This document shows, piece after piece, positions 21,019 through 31,717 of a stretch of DNA of 64,000 bases. Source of the stretch: Bacteroidota bacterium (GTDB taxonomy: Bacteria > Bacteroidota > JABWAT01). The position numbers and the translations under genes are program-made. The stretch spans positions 3,337-67,336 of the forward strand of contig JABWAT010000009.1 of assembly GCA_013360915.1 (NCBI GenBank), in the 5' to 3' direction. A model generated the notes under the pieces. That model was given only the letters and a program-made list of their open reading frames with translations, was not told the origin of the DNA and did not search any database. Every line of letters begins with the position of its first letter. Within the stretch, counting starts at the first letter, position 1.

Positions 21019-22053
21019 TCAGACCGTCAGTGGCAGGTTCACAAACCGTTTATCGCGGGCGCTGATGTAAATGGCTTCGATCAGTTCGAGGGATTTTCGG
21101 CCTTCACGGCCATCGGTGTGGGCATCGATGCCACGAAGCAGGGAATCGGCTACGTTTTTATAATAGCCCAGATGTCCGAATCCGTACACCGATTCAACTT
21201 TGTAGCTGGCCGTTTCGACGACTTTGTCATCGTCATCATACTGGTCAAATTCCCAATGTTTGATGTCGTTTACGGCAATTCCGCCGATTCTTACCGTTCC
21301 CCGTTCACCAATAACGGTGATGGACCCTTCCAGATTCTTTGGCCAGGTGAGCATGGTAACCGTCATGCTTCCAATGGCTCCGTTACGGAACCGGATGACG
21401 GCAGCGCCGGTGTCTTCGGCCTCGATTTTACGGGCGAGAGTTCCGGTGATGGCACAAACCGACTCGGGTGGCCCGATCAGCCAGGTGATGAGATCGACAT
21501 AGTGGCTGGCCTGATTCAGAAAAGCACCGCCATCAAATTCCCAGGTTCCCCTCCATTTGGCCGCATCGTAGTACGATTGGGGTCTGGCCCAGAACACATT
21601 GACTTCCACGGTAAAAATCCGTCCGAACCGGCCTTTATCAATGGCTCTGCGAAGGAGCTGAATGGTCGAATTCAACCGGTTCTGTTTCACCACAAATAAC
21701 CGCACACCCTGTTCATCGCAGGTTCTGATCAGATCATCGGCATCCTTCAGACGGGTGGCCATGGGCTTTTCAGACAGCACGTGAATGTGTTTCTTTGCTG
21801 CCTTGATTCCCTGTGCGGCATGAAGTCCCGAGGGTGTGCACAGGGTGATCAGATCGGGCTTTTCTTTTTCGAGCAGGTCGTCATAGGAGGCATATCCCTT
21901 TGCTCCGGTAATCTCCACTGCTTTGGAAAGGTTTTCAGAAACCGTGTCGCAAACCGCGGTGATCCGGTAATCATCGGGCAATTTCATCAGCGCTTCGATG
22001 TGTTTTTCTGCAATACGTCCGCAGCCAACAAGGGCAATGTTAACTTTCTTCAT
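21019..22053 (-). CDS. Gfo/Idh/MocA family NAD(P)-dependent oxidoreductase
   Basis: VNIALVGCGRIAEKH N-terminal Rossmann motif and the family's C-terminal alpha/beta domain. Confidence 0.85.
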   Translation of the reverse strand: MKKVNIALVGCGRIAEKHIEALMKLPDDYRITAVCDTVSENLSKAVEITGAKGYASYDDLLEKEKPDLITLCTPSGLHAAQGIKAAKKHIHVLSEKPMATRLKDADDLIRTCDEQGVRLFVVKQNRLNSTIQLLRRAIDKGRFGRIFTVEVNVFWARPQSYYDAAKWRGTWEFDGGAFLNQASHYVDLITWLIGPPESVCAITGTLARKIEAEDTGAAVIRFRNGAIGSMTVTMLTWPKNLEGSITVIGERGTVRIGGIAVNDIKHWEFDQYDDDDKVVETASYKVESVYGFGHLGYYKNVADSLLRGIDAHTDGREGRKSLELIEAIYISARDKRFVNLPLTV

Positions 22054-23344
22054 GGTGATGGTCCTGTTGATGAATCATGGTTTTGATCCGGAGAGCAAGT
22101 TGTCTGGTCAGACTGCGCCGGGTAAAGGCGGTGAGAACCGGCTGTTTTTCCAGATCGGCAAATGGAGGCAAAATGAATCCCTCACCGAGATTGACCGCCC
22201 GTCCGGTCTGACTGAGCAGATCCCAGGCATCGCCGGGGACGGGGCCCGAGAACAAAATGGGACGACCGGTTCCGAGATACTCGAACAGTTTTCCGGTGAG
22301 TACATGGGTATTGCCGGGCTCGTCATTGATAACCAGGAGCAGAGCATGACAAGTGTACAATTCCTGTATTGCCTGATCGTGAGGCAAATAGCCCTTCCTG
22401 ATCAGATAGGGCCCCAGACCTGCCTTTTCAAACCGGTCGATGACCGACCCATCCTCGTTGCCAATCAGTTTCAGCCGGAACCGATCTGCCATTGCTGGTG
22501 ATTGTGTGACCATGGAGGCGAATAACGTAGCCACAGTTTCCCAGTTTCTGACCGGATACATGTTTCCCACATAGCCAACCACCCATAAATCGGCTGGTGG
22601 TTTGGGCGGAGTGGCCGGCAACTCGGCATCATCATATCCGTTTGGAATAACGGTGATGGGTGTATCTGTAAGAGCGGCAAAGGCCGTTTTCATGGATTTG
22701 GAAACAACCACCACTTCATCTGCTTCGTTGAGAACGGCCGATTCCAGCCGGCGGTGTTTCCGGTCGGCCCAGCGGGTAAGCGGAAATTTCGAATAATAAT
22801 CGATACCGGTCCACGGATCCCTGAAATCGGCCAGCCAGGGAAGTCCGGTTCGTTTTTTGAGATTCCGGCCAATCAGATGGGTACTGTGGGGCGGACCTGT
22901 TGTCACGATCGCCCGGATTCCATGTTTTTTAATGATATCCAGGCCGGCTGGGATGGCCGTCCATTTCCATAGAAACCGGGCATCGGGGATGAAAAGATTG
23001 CCGCGGATCCATAGCGCCAGTTTTTCCTTCCAGGATGGGGTGGAAGATTTTTCCTTTTTTACAAAAGCGACGCCGAAGGAGTCGGACTGTTTCATACCGG
23101 TAAAGCGTTTATAAAACCGGTAAGGTTCAACAATGGGGGTCTGGTAGACTGGCAAGTCATCGGCCACATCCGACATCAGAGACAGGTCGGTGTTTGGATA
23201 CTCACCATTCCGGACCGTTAGCACAACGGGTTGAATGTGGTGGTCGGTCAGGTACTTGCAGAATTTGAGAATCCGCTGCACGCCCGGTCCGCCGGCCGGG
23301 GGAAAATAGTACGTGACAATCAGAACCGGAATGCGATCAGGCAT
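22040..23344 (-). CDS. Glycosyltransferase (GT4/GT-B type)
   Basis: IVTYYFPPAGGPGVQRI N-terminus and a GT-B C-terminal E-x7-E-like region. Overlaps the upstream YfhO gene. Confidence 0.7.
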   Translation of the reverse strand: MPDRIPVLIVTYYFPPAGGPGVQRILKFCKYLTDHHIQPVVLTVRNGEYPNTDLSLMSDVADDLPVYQTPIVEPYRFYKRFTGMKQSDSFGVAFVKKEKSSTPSWKEKLALWIRGNLFIPDARFLWKWTAIPAGLDIIKKHGIRAIVTTGPPHSTHLIGRNLKKRTGLPWLADFRDPWTGIDYYSKFPLTRWADRKHRRLESAVLNEADEVVVVSKSMKTAFAALTDTPITVIPNGYDDAELPATPPKPPADLWVVGYVGNMYPVRNWETVATLFASMVTQSPAMADRFRLKLIGNEDGSVIDRFEKAGLGPYLIRKGYLPHDQAIQELYTCHALLLVINDEPGNTHVLTGKLFEYLGTGRPILFSGPVPGDAWDLLSQTGRAVNLGEGFILPPFADLEKQPVLTAFTRRSLTRQLALRIKTMIHQQDHHHEES

Positions 23345-25784
23345 CCTTCCGCTTTCTGACTAAGAGGAAACCCCAGAGGAGAAGTCCACCATACAGAATG
23401 GCCGTCCCGATCCATCCGGCGGTCAGACTGGCAGTCACTGCGGGTGGGTCAAAGGTCAGTACCAGTTCATGGGATCCTGCCGGAATTTCCACACCGCGGA
23501 ACGCATGGTTGGTCTGATAAAGGGGAATCTCTTTCCCGTCCAGTGTGGCCCGCCAGCCAGATGGGTACCAGATTTCAGACAGAAACAGAAACGAAGAAAC
23601 CGGGGTACTGACCTGCCAGGCCAGTTCATGATGCTCTCGTTTTACCTGCCGGATGGTGGCAGACGAATCCCAGGAAAGATCGGCTGATGGTTGGTACCCG
23701 GCGACGAAACTGAGTTGTTCCGGGTCCCAGCCATCTCGGTTCATTTCGCGCACGTGCAGGGTCGGATCATCCAGCCGGTTGACTTTTTTTACGAAAAAGG
23801 CTTTTCCGCCAAAGGTGGTGGTTTCCATCACGCTTTGCTTGCCGGCCGGATCGACAAAAGAAGGAAGCAGCGTTCCGATGGGCTGGTTGATGGCCTGAGG
23901 TATAACCAGATATTTTACCCCAAAGGCTTTCAGCGTTCCGGAGTTGAAGGGAATGGGACCGGTGCTGACCGACAGACTGCTGTCGATCAGATTCTGGAAT
24001 ACGGCCAGTTTGGCACCATGATAGCCACCAATGGATTGGTGATAGTAGTTAAACCGGGTGGACTGATACAGATTCCCGACGGGATAAATACGGAAGTCTG
24101 TGGTGTCTTCAAGCAGGAACCGGTCCACTGGCGACTGAGGAAACCCAGCCGAGAATTGCCTTTTCGAAACCATGACCTCTTTTGACACATACTGACTGTT
24201 GTACGTCCACAGATCGGTGAGAAGCAGCAGAAACAGTCCGAATCCGACCATGCCGGCTTTCAGTCGGCTGGTGGCAGCCAGCCAGACCAGGCCAATGGCC
24301 ACCACATTCAGAATCAGGAATTTCCAGATGGAGTCGGTGGTGAGTGCAGACCGTTCCCCTTTCAGGTAGTCGAGTGTGCGTGCGTCATATTGCTGAGCCT
24401 CTTCGGGGCGAATGAATCCCATTGATCCGGAAACGATCAGCAGGACCACGCCAAAGCCGATCACCAGGCCGGAGAGTAGGTAAAACCGTTTCAGGAGTTC
24501 ATCGGTGCGCCGGTTGGCTGCGATGGCTTTCAGAAATCCCTGTACACCGAGAACAGCCAGAACGGGGATTGTGAGACTCAGGATCACCAGAATCATGCTG
24601 GGAGTCCGGAACTTATTGTAGAAGGGCAGGGCATTCAGTGCAAGATCGGCCAGGAAAGGAAAGTTGGAACCCATGGCTAGTAACCAGGTCACACCGGTCA
24701 CGATCCATAACATAAGCACGGTGCGGGTGAGTGGAACCAGAAAAGTGAGTCCGGCCAGGAACAGAAGTATGGCACCCAGGTATTGAGGACCTTCGGTGAA
24801 GGGCATCTGCCACCAGTAATAAGGAGAGTGTCCGCCAAAGAAGTCGGCCACAAAAAAGGTGACCGATTCGACCCAATCGAAGGACCATGCCAGTGCATAA
24901 TCACGGGTCAGTCCGGCCGCACCCGAGGCAAGGGTTCCTGCCCGGATGGTATATTGGGAGTAGTCGGCATTGATCAGATAGGGAAATGCAATGGTCATCA
25001 CAGCAATGAGCCCCCCGGCGGCGGCCCAGCCAATGGTTTGCAGCATGGGTTTAATTCGTCCGTTTCTGATTTCATCAACCAGCCAGAACAGACCCCAGAT
25101 CAGCAGAACGATCAGGGTATAATAAGTGATTTGCGGGTGGTTGGCCCGGAGTTGGAGAGACAGCCCCAAAGCAAGAGCCAGGCCGCCTTTCCATCCTCCC
25201 GACCGGATGAGAAAGTCAAAGGCCAGCAGAATCCAGGGCAGGTAAGCAATGGCCTGAAATTTGGTGTTGTGACCGACTTTAAGAATGATGATAAAGTAGG
25301 TGGAAAGCTGAAAGGCAACTGCTGCCATGGCCGACAGCCATTCATTATCGGTAAACCGGCGGCTGAAAAGGAAAGCGCCAATTCCCATGAATACCAGATA
25401 AACCACCCGCCAATCGGAAATCAGACCGAGCGATGACAGAATTATGGAATCGAAACCAGGAATGGGGTTTGGCAGTGAAATCATATAGCCCGGCATTCCG
25501 CCGAAGACGTTCGGAGTCCAGAGCGGCAGGGATCCGGTTGCTTCGTGATAGTCGACCAGGGCTTTGGCGGTTCCCAGCCATTGCTGTGTATCTGAGGCAG
25601 GAAAGGTTTTTCCCTGAAAAAGCAGTGGGGCCATGAACAGGACCGGCACCAGAACGATCGAGGCAAGAGACAGGATAAGGGGCCAGTTTACAGAAGATCC
25701 GGTGGGAACCTGGGCCGTTCCGATGGTTTGTGTTTTGGATTTCATGAAGAGGGTCCGGTTAATTGGGTTTGATGGCTCTTGCAA
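23337..25784 (-). CDS. YfhO-family polytopic membrane glycosyltransferase-like protein
   Basis: 815 aa with 12 or more TM segments, an N-terminal LPLWTPNVFGGMP motif like YfhO, and a large C-terminal extracytoplasmic domain. Confidence 0.6.
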   Translation of the reverse strand: MQEPSNPINRTLFMKSKTQTIGTAQVPTGSSVNWPLILSLASIVLVPVLFMAPLLFQGKTFPASDTQQWLGTAKALVDYHEATGSLPLWTPNVFGGMPGYMISLPNPIPGFDSIILSSLGLISDWRVVYLVFMGIGAFLFSRRFTDNEWLSAMAAVAFQLSTYFIIILKVGHNTKFQAIAYLPWILLAFDFLIRSGGWKGGLALALGLSLQLRANHPQITYYTLIVLLIWGLFWLVDEIRNGRIKPMLQTIGWAAAGGLIAVMTIAFPYLINADYSQYTIRAGTLASGAAGLTRDYALAWSFDWVESVTFFVADFFGGHSPYYWWQMPFTEGPQYLGAILLFLAGLTFLVPLTRTVLMLWIVTGVTWLLAMGSNFPFLADLALNALPFYNKFRTPSMILVILSLTIPVLAVLGVQGFLKAIAANRRTDELLKRFYLLSGLVIGFGVVLLIVSGSMGFIRPEEAQQYDARTLDYLKGERSALTTDSIWKFLILNVVAIGLVWLAATSRLKAGMVGFGLFLLLLTDLWTYNSQYVSKEVMVSKRQFSAGFPQSPVDRFLLEDTTDFRIYPVGNLYQSTRFNYYHQSIGGYHGAKLAVFQNLIDSSLSVSTGPIPFNSGTLKAFGVKYLVIPQAINQPIGTLLPSFVDPAGKQSVMETTTFGGKAFFVKKVNRLDDPTLHVREMNRDGWDPEQLSFVAGYQPSADLSWDSSATIRQVKREHHELAWQVSTPVSSFLFLSEIWYPSGWRATLDGKEIPLYQTNHAFRGVEIPAGSHELVLTFDPPAVTASLTAGWIGTAILYGGLLLWGFLLVRKRKDA

Positions 25785-26583
25785 TAAGTCCGGTTCCGCG
25801 TTTCCAGCGAACCATCATATCGGCCTGATGCAGGAGTAAAATGGGAATGAGGGTGATCAGAAAATAAAAGGGAAGCAGAAGAACAAGGGCCATAGACAGA
25901 TTCAGAAGCATCATGGGCCATTTAACTGCCAGTTTCCAGGCGAAGGAACCAAAGGCTCCATAGGTATACCGTATATCGGCAACCACCAGGCCGGCGGTTT
26001 CAAGTTTTTCCTTCAGGTCTGTGATGGAGTAACCATCGCGGGCGTGTTCATCGATAAAACCGTGTACACCCTGATGCTCATGATCGTGATCGTGGTGGTG
26101 ATCAGATCCTCCCTGATCGCTGGGGGTTGAAATCACGACCTCGCCGCCCGGGGAAAGAGACCGGGCAAAGTTTGAAAAGACCGCACGGTCATTTTCGATG
26201 TGTTCAATCACATCGACACACAGAATCAGGTCATAGGAATCCTGACTGGTATACGTGGTCAGATCCTGAACAGACGGATTGATATTCAGATTTAACCGGC
26301 CGGCGAAATCGCTGAGGGCACTCACATGGGCCGGATTCAGATCCACACTATCAATGGTGGCTCCGGGAAAGCGGGTGGACATCAGATAGCTGTACTGCCC
26401 GAAACCACAGCCGGCATCGAGGATCCGGGCAGGTTTCTTATCGGGAAACAGCCGGAAAAGGACCGAGCGGACGTACCATTCTCTGAGAAACAGCACACGA
26501 AGCACTTTGAAAAACAGGATTTTAAGAACCGGTTGGTTCCTGATAAAGTCAGACAGGCGTTGTTTGATTGGATCGTATTGCAT
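25759..26583 (-). CDS. Class I SAM-dependent methyltransferase with C-terminal membrane anchor
   Basis: ILDAGCGFGQYS motif I. The C-terminal 50 aa are hydrophobic. Overlaps the YfhO start by 26 nt. Confidence 0.7.
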   Translation of the reverse strand: MQYDPIKQRLSDFIRNQPVLKILFFKVLRVLFLREWYVRSVLFRLFPDKKPARILDAGCGFGQYSYLMSTRFPGATIDSVDLNPAHVSALSDFAGRLNLNINPSVQDLTTYTSQDSYDLILCVDVIEHIENDRAVFSNFARSLSPGGEVVISTPSDQGGSDHHHDHDHEHQGVHGFIDEHARDGYSITDLKEKLETAGLVVADIRYTYGAFGSFAWKLAVKWPMMLLNLSMALVLLLPFYFLITLIPILLLHQADMMVRWKRGTGLIARAIKPN

Positions 26584-26585
26584 AC

Positions 26586-27521
26586 TTACAGATTTACCGT
26601 TTCCCGAATGGCGTATTGATCGGATCGGGTGAAGACCTTGGTGATCATTTCACCCAGAAATCCGGTCGAGATGAATTGAATACCCAGAATGGTCAGCAAA
26701 ATACCAAGAAAGAGAACCGGGCGTTTTGAAATGGCGATTTCACCCTGAAACCAGCCAATGGTCAGCCAGAGGTTGATGGCGAGTCCGGCAAGCAGAAAAA
26801 CCAGTCCCCAGCCACCGAAGAAGTGAAGCGGGCGGCGCATATACCGGCTGATGAACAGGACGGTGGCCAGATCGAGAAATCCTTTAAAAAACCGGTCCAT
26901 TCCGAATTTGGATTTTCCAAAAGGTCTGGGGTGATGTACCACGGGTATTTCGGCGACTTTAAATCCGCTCAGGTGAGCCAAGGCAGGCACATACCGGTGC
27001 AGTTCACCGTAGATTTCAACTGTTTTCACAACTTCATTCCGGTAGATTTTAAATCCGCAGTTGTAGTCGTGAAGTTTCAGTCCGATAAGTCTGCTGGTCA
27101 CTGCATTAAACAGTTTGCTGGGCAGTGTTTTCGAAACCGGGTCATGGCGGACTTTCTTCCAGCCGGAAACGAGATCGAGCTGGTCCTCTTCCAGTTTTTT
27201 TACCAGATTCGGGATCTCGGCCGGATCGTCCTGCAGGTCGGCATCCATGGTAATCACATATTTACCGGTGGCTTCCCGGAAGCCGACATTCAGCGCTGCA
27301 CTTTTACCATAATTCTTCCTGAAACGGATGACTTTTACGCGGGGATCCTGAGCGGCCATACCGGCCAGAACCGGAAAAGACTGGTCTGTGCTTCCATCAT
27401 CGATAAAAAGAATATCGTAATCCAACCCGGCATCGGAGCAGGCTTTCCCGATTTTTTCTCTGAGGGGTATCAGTGACTCCTCTTCATTGTACAGCGGTAT
27501 GACGATCGTCAGGGTTGGCAA
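26586..27521 (-). CDS. GT2 polyprenol-phosphate glycosyltransferase (GtrB/DPM1/ArnC-like)
   Basis: IVIPLYNEEESL...DILFIDDGSTD...DADLQDDP and two C-terminal TM helices. Confidence 0.85.
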   Translation of the reverse strand: MPTLTIVIPLYNEEESLIPLREKIGKACSDAGLDYDILFIDDGSTDQSFPVLAGMAAQDPRVKVIRFRKNYGKSAALNVGFREATGKYVITMDADLQDDPAEIPNLVKKLEEDQLDLVSGWKKVRHDPVSKTLPSKLFNAVTSRLIGLKLHDYNCGFKIYRNEVVKTVEIYGELHRYVPALAHLSGFKVAEIPVVHHPRPFGKSKFGMDRFFKGFLDLATVLFISRYMRRPLHFFGGWGLVFLLAGLAINLWLTIGWFQGEIAISKRPVLFLGILLTILGIQFISTGFLGEMITKVFTRSDQYAIRETVNL

Positions 27522-27573
27522 TTGCTTGCTCCGTAAATAAAAGGCATAAAATTAACGAAAAGAGGACCGTAAA

Positions 27574-28341
27574 TCACGACAGGAAACATTCTGCCGGGTA
27601 AGTGACTTCAACCAATGTCAATCCATGGGCCTTGGCGGCTGGGCCGGCGGCCTGACGGTTGCGGGCATCGAGCAGTTTACTAAGCGATTCCGGGTGTTCT
27701 CCCCGTCGGATGAGATCCAGTTGGGTTCCTACCAGAGCCCGTACCATTCCATATAAAAACCGGTTGGCTCTGATGGAGAAAATCAGACGGGAGTCCTCGG
27801 TTTTCCAGTCACACTCCAGAATACGGCATCTTTTATGATCGGCTTCATCGGCTGCCCTGCAAAAGCTGCTGAAATCGGTGGCCTGTCTGATCAGACTGGC
27901 CATTTCTCTGAGCTGATCAGGTTTCAGAGGATAGGGGTAAAACCATTCCTTGTGACGGTTCAGCGGAGAGGGTCTGGTGTTGAGTGTATAGTGGTACAAC
28001 CGGCTGGTGGCAGAGAAACGGGCGTGAAAATCGGGTCTGACCGGTCTGGCTTCCCAAATGGCCACCGGATGGTCGCCGGCTATTCCATTGATCCCTCTGA
28101 TCAGGCGTCCGGTATCGGTTCCTTCTGGCAGGTCGGCGTGAAAACATTGGCCGGTAGCATGAACACCGGTATCGGTGCGGCCGCTGCCATGGATCCGGAA
28201 GTCAGGATCGTGGAGAAATTGTCTGAAGGCCGACTCCAGTACACTCTGTACCGTTACCGGTGCTTTTTCGGGTGCCTGTAATTGCCAGCCGTTGAATCCG
28301 GCGCCATTGTATTCACAAAAAAAGGCAAACCGCTGCGTCAC
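27574..28341 (-). CDS. truA: tRNA pseudouridine(38-40) synthase
   Basis: FCEYNGAGFNGWQLQ...RTDTGVHA catalytic Asp motif. Confidence 0.9.
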   Translation of the reverse strand: MTQRFAFFCEYNGAGFNGWQLQAPEKAPVTVQSVLESAFRQFLHDPDFRIHGSGRTDTGVHATGQCFHADLPEGTDTGRLIRGINGIAGDHPVAIWEARPVRPDFHARFSATSRLYHYTLNTRPSPLNRHKEWFYPYPLKPDQLREMASLIRQATDFSSFCRAADEADHKRCRILECDWKTEDSRLIFSIRANRFLYGMVRALVGTQLDLIRRGEHPESLSKLLDARNRQAAGPAAKAHGLTLVEVTYPAECFLS

Positions 28342-29009
28342 CAGGATAACCGGAGTTGAAAATCGATCCCGGAACCAATCCTGCCGGTAAACGGATCGGC
28401 AGGCATCGCGAGAAAATCCAAATCAGAGTCCGCTTGAGAGGTGGTTACAGGTTTTCCGGATGTACGGATCAGACGTAGCACATTGAAGGCGCTGATGGCG
28501 TGGTTTATCACGATGGCACCGACCACAAACTGAACCGAATAGTTCAGTTCATCCGCTTTCTGGCGGTTGCGCCGGAAGGTGGACCGGTCGCTATCCGATT
28601 TCCATTCCCAGGCATAGGCAGGATCATTCTCGGGAAACTGGTCTGAAGGCGTCCGCTGCAGTCGCATGGCCGAATTATACTCAGAGACCGATCGGTAGTT
28701 ACCGAGTGCCAGCAGGAATTTTCTCGTTCTGGTTTGACCGGAAATACCCGCATTCTCGCCCGCATAGGTGATGGCTTTATCCAAAGTAATGTCAGAATAC
28801 TCATTCAGAGACCAGGCGCCGAGAATCAAGGCGGCTTCAGTCAGAAGGAGATAACGTGTGTGGGAAGGGTAACCCAGCATGTATTCGCCAGAGCCCGGTA
28901 CCAGCAATGACCAGGCCATGTAGCGATAGGGCTTTTCCGGGTTGGTTTGGGCGGGCAGCGTGGCCGTGCCCGTCAGCGACAGAACAATTAGGATAATCAG
29001 GGGTTTCAT
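28338..29009 (-). CDS. Hypothetical secreted or outer-membrane protein
   Basis: Signal peptide and no recognisable domain. 4-nt overlaps with both neighbours. Confidence 0.4.
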   Translation of the reverse strand: MKPLIILIVLSLTGTATLPAQTNPEKPYRYMAWSLLVPGSGEYMLGYPSHTRYLLLTEAALILGAWSLNEYSDITLDKAITYAGENAGISGQTRTRKFLLALGNYRSVSEYNSAMRLQRTPSDQFPENDPAYAWEWKSDSDRSTFRRNRQKADELNYSVQFVVGAIVINHAISAFNVLRLIRTSGKPVTTSQADSDLDFLAMPADPFTGRIGSGIDFQLRLSW

Positions 29010-31246
29010 CGTTGTTTCCAGCGTTTCGACATGGCAAGCAGGAATCCGCCGAGTGTAAGCAGGGTTCCGATCCAGACCAGAATAATCATGGGTTTTACAG
29101 AGGCCTGCACCACCAGCGTTTCCGGACGGGCAGTTTTTAACTGATTCTCACCGATGGTCAGGGAAGCAATGACCTGTGCCTGTTCAGGAATGACCTCGCG
29201 CGGAGCCAGAATCACACCGGGTGCCGGACTGACAGGAGTTACCGATACCATGCGGTCTTTGCCGATTTTATACAAGGAACGGAGGGTGTCGGTCTGGTTG
29301 GCCGTTTTATAGAGAAAGACCATGTTGAACCGGATATCGGTCGGATCCATGGAAACCTGTTCGAAGCCAGAGAAAATGATTTTGCCGGTTCCGATATCAA
29401 TGGAGGATTGTTTGCCGAACCGAAGGGCCGATAAATCCTTGTTGCCGATGGCGGGTTCCACCGTGATGGGTTCAAAATACACATCATAAGTGGGCCTTAG
29501 CAGAATATCGGGACTCTTCATCCAGGCCTGGGAGTAGGTGGAATAATACATGATCGGGGCCAGGTCCCAGTCGTTGCCTTCGCGGGTTACTTTAAGTTTA
29601 AAGGCCTCTTTTCCATCCGACAGGGTATCTCCGGTCCAGGTGACTGAATATCCGAAAACATCGCTTGTTTCATTCAGGGGAAGGGAAACGGTTACCGTGG
29701 AATCATACTTTCCGCTGGTGATGAATCCGATCAGCATAATCCCGATTCCGATATGGGCCAGCGAACCGCCGGCCAGTTTCGGATTTCCGAGAACCACCCG
29801 GAGTCCGATTTGCAGGTTGGCGGAAATTGCAAAAACGGCCGAAACGCCCAGGGCCAGCATGTGAAAATGAGTCATTCCCAGAAGGTAAAGGATGGGTGCG
29901 GACACCAGACCGATACCTGCCGGGATGAGAAGCTGTTTAATAACCTGTTTCCGGTCGGTGCCAGTAAACCATAACAGCTGACCAATACCCATCAGCAGGG
30001 CCAGTACCACGGCCACCGGAAGCATTAATTGGTTGTACCCGGCTGCATCAACTGTCTTTGCTTCGCCGAACCATTGGCTGATGACCGGCCAGGACGTTCC
30101 GATGATAATACCAATGGCCATCAGTGTCAGGATCAGTGATCCGGAAATCATGGCAAATTCCCGCGAGAAAATTTCATTGGACCAGGTGGGAGAGGGAAGG
30201 CGTTTCCACCGGGCAATCATCAGCCCTGCTGCCAGCAGAACGAAAGCCACAATGAACAGCAAAAGCTGATTATACAATCCCAGGCTGCTGAAAGAATGCA
30301 CGCTGAAGTCGGCAAGAACACCACTTCTGGTCAGAAACGTGCTGTAAACGACCATGATAAACGCAAACAGAGCGGTAAACAGGGTAAACCGTTTCAATGT
30401 CCCGGTTTTTCTTTGAACCAGCATTGTATGAATGCAGGCCACCAGTGCCAGCCACGGTACCAGCGATCCGTTTTCGACCGGATCCCAGGCCCAATAACCT
30501 CCCCATCCGAGGGTTTCATAGGCCCAGTATCCGCCCATCATGATGCCAAGACCGAGAGAGAACACAGCCCACAAGGTCCATGGAAGAGCCGGGCGGATCC
30601 ATTCATCATACCGTTCACGCCAGAGGGCGGCAATGGCAAAGGCAAAAGGAACCAGGGCAGATGCAAATCCGGTAAACAGAACCGGGGGGTGAATGGTCAT
30701 CCAATAGTTTTGCAGGAGCGGATTCAGACCCCGTCCGTCGGGTGGAATGAATCCATCGGGTACCTGACCGGGATAGGCCTCGTAAATGGTTTTGAACGGA
30801 TTGGATCCGATGGTGGTTTCTCCGACCCAGATTCCGGCGATCATGGAAAAGATAAAAGACAAAGCCAGTGAAAAGACCATCAGGACCACAGGTTCATAGT
30901 CCTTGGCCGAGTAAATCAGGAATACACCCAGAATGCTGAGGAAAAAGACCCACAGAAGAAACGATCCTTCCTGACCGGCCCACAAGGTCGAAAACAGATA
31001 ATCGGCTGGCAGATCCCGTGAACTGTAGGAGTAAACGTAGTTGTACTGGAACTGATGGTCGAAAATCAGCCAGGCCAGAATAGAGATGATGGCCACAGCC
31101 AACACCGACCCGGTGATGAAACTGAACCGGCCGGCCCAACGCCATGGATCGGTGGTTAATCCTTCCTTCCGGGCAGACATGAAATAGAAAATGGTGGAGA
31201 GGATGAATGCCACCAAAGCAAAAATGACAAGGCCTTTGTATATCAT
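29006..31246 (-). CDS. ccmF: Cytochrome c-type biogenesis protein CcmF (haem lyase)
   Basis: WGGYWAWDPVENGSLVPWL WWD motif and 13 or more TM helices. Confidence 0.85.
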   Translation of the reverse strand: MIYKGLVIFALVAFILSTIFYFMSARKEGLTTDPWRWAGRFSFITGSVLAVAIISILAWLIFDHQFQYNYVYSYSSRDLPADYLFSTLWAGQEGSFLLWVFFLSILGVFLIYSAKDYEPVVLMVFSLALSFIFSMIAGIWVGETTIGSNPFKTIYEAYPGQVPDGFIPPDGRGLNPLLQNYWMTIHPPVLFTGFASALVPFAFAIAALWRERYDEWIRPALPWTLWAVFSLGLGIMMGGYWAYETLGWGGYWAWDPVENGSLVPWLALVACIHTMLVQRKTGTLKRFTLFTALFAFIMVVYSTFLTRSGVLADFSVHSFSSLGLYNQLLLFIVAFVLLAAGLMIARWKRLPSPTWSNEIFSREFAMISGSLILTLMAIGIIIGTSWPVISQWFGEAKTVDAAGYNQLMLPVAVVLALLMGIGQLLWFTGTDRKQVIKQLLIPAGIGLVSAPILYLLGMTHFHMLALGVSAVFAISANLQIGLRVVLGNPKLAGGSLAHIGIGIMLIGFITSGKYDSTVTVSLPLNETSDVFGYSVTWTGDTLSDGKEAFKLKVTREGNDWDLAPIMYYSTYSQAWMKSPDILLRPTYDVYFEPITVEPAIGNKDLSALRFGKQSSIDIGTGKIIFSGFEQVSMDPTDIRFNMVFLYKTANQTDTLRSLYKIGKDRMVSVTPVSPAPGVILAPREVIPEQAQVIASLTIGENQLKTARPETLVVQASVKPMIILVWIGTLLTLGGFLLAMSKRWKQR

Positions 31247-31324
31247 AACCGTGCGAAGTTAAGTAAACGGAAGTTGGGAGTTAAATAAACGGGCCGGAGA
31301 GACAGAAATTTGCCTGACTGCACC

Positions 31325-31717
31325 TTAGCTGCCGAATTGCTGACCGTCGGCCTGTTCTGACTGGTATTTACTCGGACATTTTACCAGAATGCGGTCGGAA
31401 CGAAATACCGTTCCATCCAGGCTGCCCCGGACCACCACGCTGGTGGCATGTTCGAAATTATTGGGTTTTGCTCCGCTGAAAATCACCTGGCACGATTTTC
31501 CTGATTCGTCGGTCAGCCAGAAAGTAAATGTGTTGGTCTCAGAATTGTAATCCGATTCACGGTTCTGATCCCAGGTCCCCTTGATCTGAACTTTTCCCCA
31601 CGAGGTTTCAGCCCCGGTAAAATCGGTATAGGGGTTTACATTTTCGCGGAACGCATAGACTCCATAAACCGTGAAGGCCACAATCAGGGCCAGACCTGCC
31701 ACCAGTTTTTTATTCAT
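31325..31717 (-). CDS. ccmE: Haem chaperone CcmE, variant with CxxxY instead of HxxxY
   Basis: N-terminal anchor and TFTFWLTDESG (FxLTD), with a C-terminal ILVKCPSKYQ aligned to E. coli ILAKHDENY. Confidence 0.75.
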   Translation of the reverse strand: MNKKLVAGLALIVAFTVYGVYAFRENVNPYTDFTGAETSWGKVQIKGTWDQNRESDYNSETNTFTFWLTDESGKSCQVIFSGAKPNNFEHATSVVVRGSLDGTVFRSDRILVKCPSKYQSEQADGQQFGS

